DNA of 39,252 nt, taken from IMG/VR virus record IMGVR_UViG_3300045988_083504. One strand, given 5' to 3'. Made by a program: the position numbers and the translations under genes. Every line of letters starts with the position of its first letter. The stretch's first letter is position 1. The notes beneath the pieces are model-generated. The model made no database searches. It saw nothing but the letters and a program-made list of their open reading frames with translations, and had not been told where the DNA came from. This document shows positions 31,286 to 39,252 of the stretch, one piece after another. The stretch is from a virus.

Positions 31286-32307
31286 GCACGAGAGCGGGCA
31301 CCGTCCCGCTCTCCGATCTCCAATTCATCAAGATTTATTTCAACCGGAAGCATCTCCGCTCCACCCCGGCCAACCTGCGGAAAATGCTGGCGGAGGCGGG
31401 CGGGGACGCTATCTGCAATGGTTCCATTTTCCTGAGGAACCAGACCCCGGCCTGCCACCTGAAGGCAGACGGCAAAGTCCACAAGGCCCCCAATTACCGG
31501 GCGTGGGCCATCAGCTGGGACACCCCGGCGGACTTCGGCGTGAAAACCGTGCCCAACGGGGACCGGAATTACATGGAGTGCGTCCACCTTATCATCGGAG
31601 GAAAGAAGATCAGCCCCATCCACTGCGGAGCGGATATGCGCTACCGCGCTCCCCGGACGGCCATCGGCACCAAGGATGGGCGGTTTGCCTACTATGTGAG
31701 CAAGGTCCGGCGGTCGCCGGAACAGCTCCGGAACCTGCTGGCCGCGTCCGGATGGGACAATGCCATTATGATGGACGGCGGTGGGTCTACCTGCTTCATG
31801 GATTCGACAGGCAAGGGCTTTACCGGGGACGGACGGGTGATCCCGTTCTTCCTCGTCTGGAAACTGAAAAGCGGGGACGCATTTGAACCGGAAGGAGAGA
31901 AACCCATGGTAGAGATCAACGCCTATTCCAAGGCGAAGGACGGCAACAAGAAGTTGTCCACCCATTTTAAAGTGAAAGAATTTGCCTGCAAGGACGGCTC
32001 CGACGCCGTACTGGTAGCGCCCCGGCTGGTAATGGTGCTCCAGAGTATCCGCAGCCACTTCGGCACGGCTGTGACCATCAATAGTGGGTATCGGACGCCA
32101 CAGTATAATACCAAGGTCGGCGGCGTGGCCCACAGCCAGCACTGCTACGGTACGGCGGCAGACATCATCGTGAAGGGCCAGAAGCCCGAGGCGTTGGGGG
32201 CATTTGCCCGAGAACTCATGCCCGACTGGGGCGGCGTGGGCGTGTACAGTCAGAAGGGCTTCACGCACATCGACGTCCGGGAGGTCCGGGCCGACTGGAA
32301 CGGATGA
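31282..32307 (+). CDS. Two-domain endolysin: N-terminal phosphodiester-glycosidase (NAGPA/DUF2233)-like, C-terminal peptidase M15A-like (341 aa)
   Basis: ATGA overlap with the holin gene. The N-terminal block is RTAIGTKDG ... MMDGGGS. The C-terminal block is GYRTPQYN ... HSQHCYGTAADI ... FTHIDV (a zinc-ligand pattern). Confidence 0.8.
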   Translation: MSTRAGTVPLSDLQFIKIYFNRKHLRSTPANLRKMLAEAGGDAICNGSIFLRNQTPACHLKADGKVHKAPNYRAWAISWDTPADFGVKTVPNGDRNYMECVHLIIGGKKISPIHCGADMRYRAPRTAIGTKDGRFAYYVSKVRRSPEQLRNLLAASGWDNAIMMDGGGSTCFMDSTGKGFTGDGRVIPFFLVWKLKSGDAFEPEGEKPMVEINAYSKAKDGNKKLSTHFKVKEFACKDGSDAVLVAPRLVMVLQSIRSHFGTAVTINSGYRTPQYNTKVGGVAHSQHCYGTAADIIVKGQKPEALGAFARELMPDWGGVGVYSQKGFTHIDVREVRADWNG

Positions 32308-32329
32308 TATTTGAAAGGAGGGCCAGGAG

Positions 32330-34372
32330 ATGGCCGGATATTACGATAAAAACAAGGACTACTCCAAGGAGCTTCAACGAACGGACCTCTCCGCCTCCGA
32401 ACGGGACAGGCTGACCAAGGAGCGGCAGAACAAGATCGACGATAAGTACGGCGGCAGAGAGCCCAACATGATCGGTTCCGACAAGACGTACAGCCAGACC
32501 TATGACAAGGGCGGCAACCGGCGGGACAACGGCAGCTCCGGCGGCAGCAGCAAAGGCAGCTACGGTGGCATTGAGTATGACCGTAGCAACAACGGCGGCG
32601 GCATTTACGGGATGCCCTCCAGCAATTCCGAGGTGAAAAACTACGAGCAGGGCGGCGTGACCTATCAGGTAGGCGCGGACATGAGCCGACGTCAGGATCT
32701 GGCAGGCCGTGCGCAGGTGTCCAACGGCTATACCGTGTTCTATGACGATGACGGATACGCCTACAAGGCCGTGAAGGGCGTGGCGGACTACACCCCCCAT
32801 CAGGACATCAACGCCGGGAACGGCAATTACGGCAAAAGCGGCGCGTGGACAGACAACGAAATGCTGTCCGCACTGGACCGCTCTAAGATCCAGGACATCC
32901 GCAACCGGCTCCAGCGGGGCGAGATCACCGGCGATCAGGCGAACCAGGCGGCAAACGCCATCCGGGCCGGGTACGGCTACACCATCGACAAGAACGGCTA
33001 TGTGACGGACAGCGGCGCTCTTTCTTCCGTGAACGATCTGCGGCGGCGGCTGGGGCTTGACAACAGCCCGGAAAGCGCAGAGCTGGCCTACTACCGGTAT
33101 CTCATGGGAACGGACACCTCCCCCTCCGCACAGGCCAGCGGCAAGGTGCAGTCTTTCGGGGACTATCTGGCGGAGAATGGCGGCGTACAGGCGGGCAGTC
33201 AGCAGAGGGTCACGGACATTAACGCAGGCAGCACCCCGACGAGCAATTTCACGGCGCAGGCCGGAACGAGCTTTGACATCGGGGACGGCAACGACTATCT
33301 GAAAGAGCTGTACGCCAAGAAAGTAGCGGCGGAGCTGGCGGCGCTGAAATCCGCCTACGAGCAGAACACCGCCACGCTGGATGCCAGCCGTGCGCAGATC
33401 GCGCCGGTGTATGACATTGCCCGGAACAGCGCGGCCAACCAGAACGCCTTGAGCCGGGGAGCATTTCAGGAGATGGCGGTGGCAAACGGCCTGAACACCG
33501 GCACCACCGGACAGGCGGCTCTGGCACAGGATGTTGTGCTTCAGCAGAACCTCTCCCAGATTGACCGGGAGCAGGCGGAAAAGACGGCGGCTATCGACCT
33601 TCAGCGGAGCCAACTTGACACGGAGTACCGGAACGCCATTGCCAAGGCAGAGGCAACGGGAGACGCGGAGCTGGCAAACGCCCTGTATGAGGAATACGTC
33701 CGCCAGCAGAATCTCTACGCCAAGTATGGCGGGCAGACCGGCGGCTCCGGCTCCGGTTCTTCCGGCGGCAGTACCGTGGTAAAGCCGACGCTGACTGCCA
33801 GTCAGGTACAGTCCGCCCTGAAAAACGGCATCGTGACGGATGACGTGATCTCCGCCTTTGATTACTACTACGGGCAGGGGGCCTATGATTCCCTGTACGG
33901 CACCGGCAGGTTGACGGCGGGGACAACCGGCACTGCCAAAACCGGCAGCAGCAGCACCGGCCGAAAGAAGGGAAGCTACTCCAACGGCTCTCTGACCAAT
34001 GAGCAGGTGAAGCAGCTCCAGAAATACTACGGCGTGACCGCTGACGGCAAGTGGGGCACCAACTCCAAGAAGGCCGCAGGCGGCCTGACGGCTGACAAAG
34101 CATGGGCGAAGTATCAGGGGACTAATAAAACCGCCACCAAGACCAACAGCGCAGGCGTGAAGGCCACCGGCACCAATTACGCTACCATTGCCAAGAACTC
34201 CGCTGCGGGTGTATATGGACCCAGATATGGCGCGGAGATGAACAAGCTCCAAGCCATGTTCTCCCGTGGGGCCAACAACGCGCAGCTTGCCACTGAAGTC
34301 AAGCGGGCCATGCAGGCCGGTGAGATCAACGAAGCGGGAGCAGAAACCTTTGGAGCCCTATTTGGGTGGTAA
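32330..34372 (+). CDS. Large Gly/Ser/Asn/Gln-rich virion (ejection?) protein with C-terminal peptidoglycan-binding-like repeat (680 aa)
   Basis: AAGGAGG RBS. The centre is coiled-coil-like. LTNEQVKQLQKYYGVTADGKWGTNSKKAAGG (about 33990-34100) resembles PG_binding_1. Confidence 0.7.
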   Translation: MAGYYDKNKDYSKELQRTDLSASERDRLTKERQNKIDDKYGGREPNMIGSDKTYSQTYDKGGNRRDNGSSGGSSKGSYGGIEYDRSNNGGGIYGMPSSNSEVKNYEQGGVTYQVGADMSRRQDLAGRAQVSNGYTVFYDDDGYAYKAVKGVADYTPHQDINAGNGNYGKSGAWTDNEMLSALDRSKIQDIRNRLQRGEITGDQANQAANAIRAGYGYTIDKNGYVTDSGALSSVNDLRRRLGLDNSPESAELAYYRYLMGTDTSPSAQASGKVQSFGDYLAENGGVQAGSQQRVTDINAGSTPTSNFTAQAGTSFDIGDGNDYLKELYAKKVAAELAALKSAYEQNTATLDASRAQIAPVYDIARNSAANQNALSRGAFQEMAVANGLNTGTTGQAALAQDVVLQQNLSQIDREQAEKTAAIDLQRSQLDTEYRNAIAKAEATGDAELANALYEEYVRQQNLYAKYGGQTGGSGSGSSGGSTVVKPTLTASQVQSALKNGIVTDDVISAFDYYYGQGAYDSLYGTGRLTAGTTGTAKTGSSSTGRKKGSYSNGSLTNEQVKQLQKYYGVTADGKWGTNSKKAAGGLTADKAWAKYQGTNKTATKTNSAGVKATGTNYATIAKNSAAGVYGPRYGAEMNKLQAMFSRGANNAQLATEVKRAMQAGEINEAGAETFGALFGW

Positions 34373-34384
34373 CCAGGAGGAACT

Positions 34385-37300
34385 ATGAGCAGTATTGAAG
34401 ATCGTCTGAACGCGGTGATCCGGAGCGGGGGCACATCGACCCCGGCTCCGGCTCAGACTGCCAAGAAAGCGGCGCCCAACTCCATTTCCGAGCGCCTCGA
34501 CAAGGTGATCGCGTCCGGGAAGGGGCAGCCGTCCGTCTACAAGGCACCTACTTCCACCACCAAAGCCAGCACCAGCAAGAATCAGTGGGTGTCCACCGGC
34601 GGGGGGCGGAAAAGCACCACGGACGCCGGAAAGAAGCAGGGCTTTGTGGCAGACCCCAGCCGCGCCCAAAACAATGCGTCCAGCCGCGTCAAAAACATTG
34701 TGACCGGTGCAACGAAGTCCGCCGGTTCCGCCTTTACGAATCTGGGCGGTGTGCTGGCAGAGGGGGCCGGGTATCTGAACACCCGCATTGCCAACAACAA
34801 TGCCGCCGGGGAGCAGATGGGGGCCATTCAGGCCATCAAGGACTACAATACCATGCTCCGGAACGGCAAATGGGCGGACGGCAAGGCGCTGACAGCGGAT
34901 GATCGGAAGAAAATTCGGACCTACATCGCCGCCAACCAGCGGAAGATCGATGCCCATAAGAATTATACCCGGTCTGTGGAAAAGAGCGACAAGGCAGTTG
35001 CGGACAAGGCGTATCAGAAGGCGGACCGGCTGTCCAAAAGCTCCGCTGCGGATGTGGCACAGGCCAAGAAAGGGCTGGGGCCGGTAGGCCAGTTCGCCGT
35101 GGATCTTGGCGTTCAGGGCGTACAGATGGCGGGGGACGTAGCGGCCAGCGCCATGATCCCCGGAGCCGGTCTTGCCCTGATGACGGCCCGGTCTGCCGGA
35201 AGCAGCGCTCAACGGGCCAGACAGTCCGGGGCCAACTACAATCAGCAGCTTGCCTACGGACTGGGCAGCGGCGCTCTGAGCCTTGCCACGGAGAAGATCA
35301 GCAACGTGGCAAGCCCCTTCAAGAAGGCGTTCGGCGGCGGTGTTCTGGACAACGCCATCAGCGGTGCGCTTTCCAAGCTGAACAACAGCTCGGCGGGCCG
35401 TGTGGCCCTCTCCATGATCTCCGAGGGCGGTGAGGAATTTATCGAGGATATTTTCCAGCCCATCTTGCAGCGGGCCACCTATGACCCCTCTGCCCGGTTC
35501 GATCTCAGCGAGGCACTGTATGACGCGGCGGTGGGCGCGGCCATGGGCGGCATTGGCGCAGGCGTTGACGTCATCCGACAGCGTGGAAGCAGTCAGGCGG
35601 ACGCACAGCCCACGCAGGAGGTACGCCCGGAGGTGCGGGAGGGTATTGATACTCCCACCCCCGCAAACGCCGCAGAGGGCACGCAAAACGCCGCCCCCAG
35701 TGTGGAGACGGCGGCAAACAAGGGCGAGACAGTTCAGATCGTTGAACGACTGCGAGAGAGTATACCGGGGCTTAACGGCACAGAGCCGGTCTCGACCGTA
35801 TCCTCCAAAGCGATCCCATTTGTCGAGGGCCGAACCATGGCTGAAAAGGCAAGGAAAATGTTTGAGGCCATTAAGGGGGTCGTGTCTCGACCCGGCTTTG
35901 GAGACATTGACATCAACGGGCGTTCCGTGAAGGACGATTTGAGCCATGGCGTAGGCGCGGCAAAAGCCGCCGTGATCCCCGCCATTCCGGAAGTGCTCCG
36001 GCGCGGGCAGCAAATTGATTTCCAGCAGAATTGGAAAGGCCGCCCTTATGACGGCTATGTATTTGCCGCCCCGGTCACTATGGACGGCGAAACTGCTTAT
36101 GTAGCTGCCGTTGTAAAGCGCACCAGCAAAAACCGATTTTATCTGCATGAAGTGATTGACGCGAACGGGAACGTTATAAAAATAGACGCCGGAGATCGTG
36201 CCAATCCAACCAGCCTTGCCACCAATGGTGACGCTGGGACACAATCTCAGGCGTCTGTTGAGGGTACGCGTCCCCTCAATGCTAATGATAGCATAGCACA
36301 GGGGGCGGAAAATGTCAAGAATGGTGGAAGCCGGGACATTCTCTCTGAGGTTCTGTTTGGGAAGAAGCGGGCGGACCTGAATACCATGACGGAGGCCCAG
36401 CAGGACGCCGTTTTCCGGGCTAATGAGGAGGGCACCGTGGGCATGGATGCCACCGGCAAGGTGTTCCAGATCGACCCGGAGCAGCACATCGACCGGCGGC
36501 GGATGGAGACGGTGGGCGGCAGAGACGTGAACGCCTTCCAGTTTGACCACCCCGAGCTGCACCGCTATTATCAGGAAGCGGCCAACGCCCTGATCGCAGA
36601 TGCGGACCTCTCCCTCCAGCAGCCCATGAGCCGCCGTTATGAGCGGACCATGGAGGGTAACGCTGTCCAGCAGGCGGCGCAGACCTCGCCCCATCTGCGA
36701 CAGGCCATGGATGAAACTGGGCTTTCCCGTGACGCCATCATCGACGCAGCCCAGCGGATCATCACCGATCAGGGGCAGGAGAACGTGGCGGCGGCCAAGC
36801 GGGTGGAGCTGATTCTGGACGATATGCTCTCCCACGGCTACACCACCATGACCGGCGAACAAGTGGGACCCAACAGCGGGTATCTCACCGCCAAGCAGAG
36901 CATTTTGGGCGCGGGCGAGCAGGCGCGGGGCCGTGGCTTAGAGGATGTGGATGCTTTCGACACGCCGGGTGACGCCGTGGCGGGTGCGGTGAACACGCCC
37001 TTTGACACCATGCAGGCCAAGAGTGAGGAGTTTTACCCAGTGAATCCCAACAGCGCCCAGCGCATTCAGGCAGAACAGCGGCGGGCGCCCTCTGAGGTCC
37101 CCGTTGTGAACCCTGATACCGGGCGGAATGTGGAGAAAACGGTCTCCACCATTCTGAACAGCCCCTTGACCTCCCCGGAGATGGCAACTGTGTATGAAAA
37201 CGCCATTTCCGGCGGCGCGTTCGACTATGACGTGGTGACGGACCGGGATGCCGTGCAGCAGGCGCAGGCCAAGATCTCGCGGGACGGCTGGCGAGAGGTG

Positions 37301-39252
37301 GCGAACAGTTTCGTTGCCAAGGCGGAGCTGGGGCAGCGGATCACCAAGGCGGACACCGCCGAGGCCATCAGCGCCTACAACCTCGCCATTTCCGAAGGAG
37401 ACCACAAGGCCGCCTTTGAGCTGGCAACGGCCATTGCGGACGCGGCCCATGACAGCGCACAGATGGTGCAGGCCATGAACCTGATGAACCGGCTGACGCC
37501 GGAGGGGCGTCTGCTGACGCTGCGGCGGCTGGTAGACCGGATGAATGACCGGGCGGCACGGCAGAACCGGGCACCCAGGCAGAGCACCGCCGACAGCGGA
37601 GACGTGGAAAGCGCACGGGTGGACTACATCGACAAGGTGACGGGCTTCACCCTCTCTGACGAGCTGGCCACCAACTACCTGATGGCAGAGACGGACGCGG
37701 AGCGGGCGGCGGCGTGGGATGCCATTACCACCTCCATTGCAGACCAGATCCCCAGCACCTTCATGGAGAAGGCCAATTTCTGGCGGTACACCTCCATGCT
37801 GACTAACCCCACCACCCACATCCGCAACATCATGGGCAACGCCATTCAGATGGGTGCACGGAAGATCAAGAACGGCATCGGAACCGCAATCGAGCGGGCA
37901 GTCATCAAGGACCCCTCTCAGCGGACAAAGGCCGTGAATGTTGACAAGGATCTGAAAGCCTTTGCCAAGGTCCAGTATGAGACGGACCAGAGCGCGGCCA
38001 TGGGCAGCGGGAAGTATTCTGACGCAACGGCGGCAGGCATTGAGCGCGAGATTCAGAGCAAGCGGAAAATGTTCAATGGGGAGGATGTTCTTTCCCGTGC
38101 CGTGCAGGGCATCGGAGATTTGAACAGCCGCGCCCTTGACTATGAGGACGTGATCTTTAACCGTGCGGCTTATGTAGACAGCTTCGCCCAGGCGCTGCAA
38201 GCTAAGGGCGTGACGGCGGCAGAGGCCCACGCGGGGACCAGAGCCGCAGACGTAGAGGCGGCACGGGCCTACGCCATTGAGGAAGCGCAGAAGGCCACTT
38301 ACCGCAACACCACGGCGCTTTCCGAGGCGCTGTCTCAGTTTGGCCGCTATGAGGGGGATAACCCGGTAAAACGGGCAGGTTCCTTCGTGGCGGACGCTCT
38401 GTTCCCCTTCCGCAAGACCCCGGCCAACATCCTGACCACGGGCCTTGATTACAGCCCTGTTGGCATTGCAAAGAGTGTGAAGGAAGCTCTTTGGGATGTG
38501 CGGAGAGGCAACTGCACGGCGGCGGACGCCGTGGATTCCCTTGCATCCGGCCTCACCGGAACCGGCATTTTCGCGCTGGGCGCTTATCTGGCGGCGGAGG
38601 GGCTGCTCCACGTCCGGACTGGTGACGATGACAAGGAAGAAGCCTTTGAGAAGTCCATGGGCGGGCAGGATTATGCTATTCAGATCGGGGACAAGTCCTA
38701 CACGCTGGACTGGGCGCTTCCTGCGGCAATGCCCCTGTTTGCGGGCGCTGCCACCGAAAAATCCCATGAAAAGGGCGGCAGCACCTTCGACGCGCTGGTG
38801 GATTCTCTGCTGGGGATGCAGGACGTTGTGCTGGAGACCTCCATGCTGTCCTCCCTGAATGACCTGATCTCCTATTGGAGCTACGCCGACAACAAGGTTG
38901 GCTATCTGCTCGACCGGGCGGCCAGCAGCTACGCCGGACAGTATATCCCCACCATCGGCAGCAAGGTTGCGTCCGTATTTGATGATACGGTGCGCAAAAG
39001 CTATGTGGAAAAGGGCACAGGGCAGCTTTCCTCCGATGTGAATTACTTCTTGCAGGGGGCGGCGAAGAAGGTGCCGGGGGCACGGAATCAGTTACAGCCG
39101 TCTATCGATCTGTGGGGCAACGAGGTCTCCAACGGCTCCGCGCCGGAGCGGGTGTTCCAGTCCTTCATATCCCCCGGCTTCCTGAAAGCGCAGGACAACA
39201 GCCCCGCCACGCAAGAGATTCGGCGGCTTGCGAAGGCCACCGGGAAAAGCGG
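34385..39252 (+). CDS. 5-prime 1622 codons of the giant ~1806-aa internal-virion / polyvalent-type protein (continues at 1-608)
   Basis: AGGAGGAACT precedes ATG 34385. I translated the frame by eye to the window end and saw no stop. It is absent from the ORF track because it has no stop in the window. The segment at 35830-36190 resembles a BECR-type nuclease module. Confidence 0.85.
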   Translation, partial: MSSIEDRLNAVIRSGGTSTPAPAQTAKKAAPNSISERLDKVIASGKGQPSVYKAPTSTTKASTSKNQWVSTGGGRKSTTDAGKKQGFVADPSRAQNNASSRVKNIVTGATKSAGSAFTNLGGVLAEGAGYLNTRIANNNAAGEQMGAIQAIKDYNTMLRNGKWADGKALTADDRKKIRTYIAANQRKIDAHKNYTRSVEKSDKAVADKAYQKADRLSKSSAADVAQAKKGLGPVGQFAVDLGVQGVQMAGDVAASAMIPGAGLALMTARSAGSSAQRARQSGANYNQQLAYGLGSGALSLATEKISNVASPFKKAFGGGVLDNAISGALSKLNNSSAGRVALSMISEGGEEFIEDIFQPILQRATYDPSARFDLSEALYDAAVGAAMGGIGAGVDVIRQRGSSQADAQPTQEVRPEVREGIDTPTPANAAEGTQNAAPSVETAANKGETVQIVERLRESIPGLNGTEPVSTVSSKAIPFVEGRTMAEKARKMFEAIKGVVSRPGFGDIDINGRSVKDDLSHGVGAAKAAVIPAIPEVLRRGQQIDFQQNWKGRPYDGYVFAAPVTMDGETAYVAAVVKRTSKNRFYLHEVIDANGNVIKIDAGDRANPTSLATNGDAGTQSQASVEGTRPLNANDSIAQGAENVKNGGSRDILSEVLFGKKRADLNTMTEAQQDAVFRANEEGTVGMDATGKVFQIDPEQHIDRRRMETVGGRDVNAFQFDHPELHRYYQEAANALIADADLSLQQPMSRRYERTMEGNAVQQAAQTSPHLRQAMDETGLSRDAIIDAAQRIITDQGQENVAAAKRVELILDDMLSHGYTTMTGEQVGPNSGYLTAKQSILGAGEQARGRGLEDVDAFDTPGDAVAGAVNTPFDTMQAKSEEFYPVNPNSAQRIQAEQRRAPSEVPVVNPDTGRNVEKTVSTILNSPLTSPEMATVYENAISGGAFDYDVVTDRDAVQQAQAKISRDGWREVANSFVAKAELGQRITKADTAEAISAYNLAISEGDHKAAFELATAIADAAHDSAQMVQAMNLMNRLTPEGRLLTLRRLVDRMNDRAARQNRAPRQSTADSGDVESARVDYIDKVTGFTLSDELATNYLMAETDAERAAAWDAITTSIADQIPSTFMEKANFWRYTSMLTNPTTHIRNIMGNAIQMGARKIKNGIGTAIERAVIKDPSQRTKAVNVDKDLKAFAKVQYETDQSAAMGSGKYSDATAAGIEREIQSKRKMFNGEDVLSRAVQGIGDLNSRALDYEDVIFNRAAYVDSFAQALQAKGVTAAEAHAGTRAADVEAARAYAIEEAQKATYRNTTALSEALSQFGRYEGDNPVKRAGSFVADALFPFRKTPANILTTGLDYSPVGIAKSVKEALWDVRRGNCTAADAVDSLASGLTGTGIFALGAYLAAEGLLHVRTGDDDKEEAFEKSMGGQDYAIQIGDKSYTLDWALPAAMPLFAGAATEKSHEKGGSTFDALVDSLLGMQDVVLETSMLSSLNDLISYWSYADNKVGYLLDRAASSYAGQYIPTIGSKVASVFDDTVRKSYVEKGTGQLSSDVNYFLQGAAKKVPGARNQLQPSIDLWGNEVSNGSAPERVFQSFISPGFLKAQDNSPATQEIRRLAKATGKS
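39198..39252. repeat. Second copy of the 55-bp terminal overlap (identical to 1-55)
   Basis: Exact identity read directly from the sequence. Confidence 0.95.

Overview
The window is a complete, circularly closed phage genome. Bases 1-55 recur exactly at 39198-39252, giving a unique length of 39,197 bp, and one giant ORF runs across that junction. It looks like a temperate dsDNA phage with no recognisable tail tube, sheath or tape measure (podovirus-like). GGAGG-type RBSs and Clostridia-type gene families suggest a high-GC Gram-positive host.

Layout:
1. A tightly packed minus-strand early/middle operon (11726 down to 651). It holds a Cro-like regulator, a protein with a RAMP/Cas7-like motif layout abutting a ~290-bp degenerate repeat array, and Lar-like Zn-ribbons. 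It also holds a PD-(D/E)XK exonuclease, an annealing protein, SSB, a G39P-like helicase loader and RusA. The remainder is a PAPS-reductase/DndC-like PP-loop enzyme, two small HTH/sigma-region-4-like regulators and three terminal unknowns.
2. A plus-strand lysogeny module (11881-14010): CI-like repressor, membrane-anchored XRE protein and tyrosine integrase, followed by attP-like arm repeats.
3. A minus-strand moron operon (16142 down to 14322): a J-domain protein plus three unknowns, the last interrupted by an in-frame TGA. A divergent RHH regulator with clear operators controls it.
4. About 1.1 kb of non-coding, strand-asymmetric DNA carrying two tRNA-like elements.
5. The plus-strand late operon (17648 through the junction to 608): scaffold, capsid with an Ig-like C-terminus, TerL, a 615-aa structural protein and portal. 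Then come a collagen-like fibre, two paralogous receptor-binding-type proteins, holin, a two-domain endolysin, a 680-aa protein and a ~1806-aa polyvalent-type protein.

Long ORFs antisense to these genes are judged to be high-GC artefacts. All family assignments come from motif recognition by eye; no searches were run. The leads most worth following are the orphan RAMP-like gene with its repeat array, the large non-coding region with aberrant tRNA-like elements, the RHH-controlled moron operon with the in-frame TGA, and the cassette-like receptor-binding paralogs.
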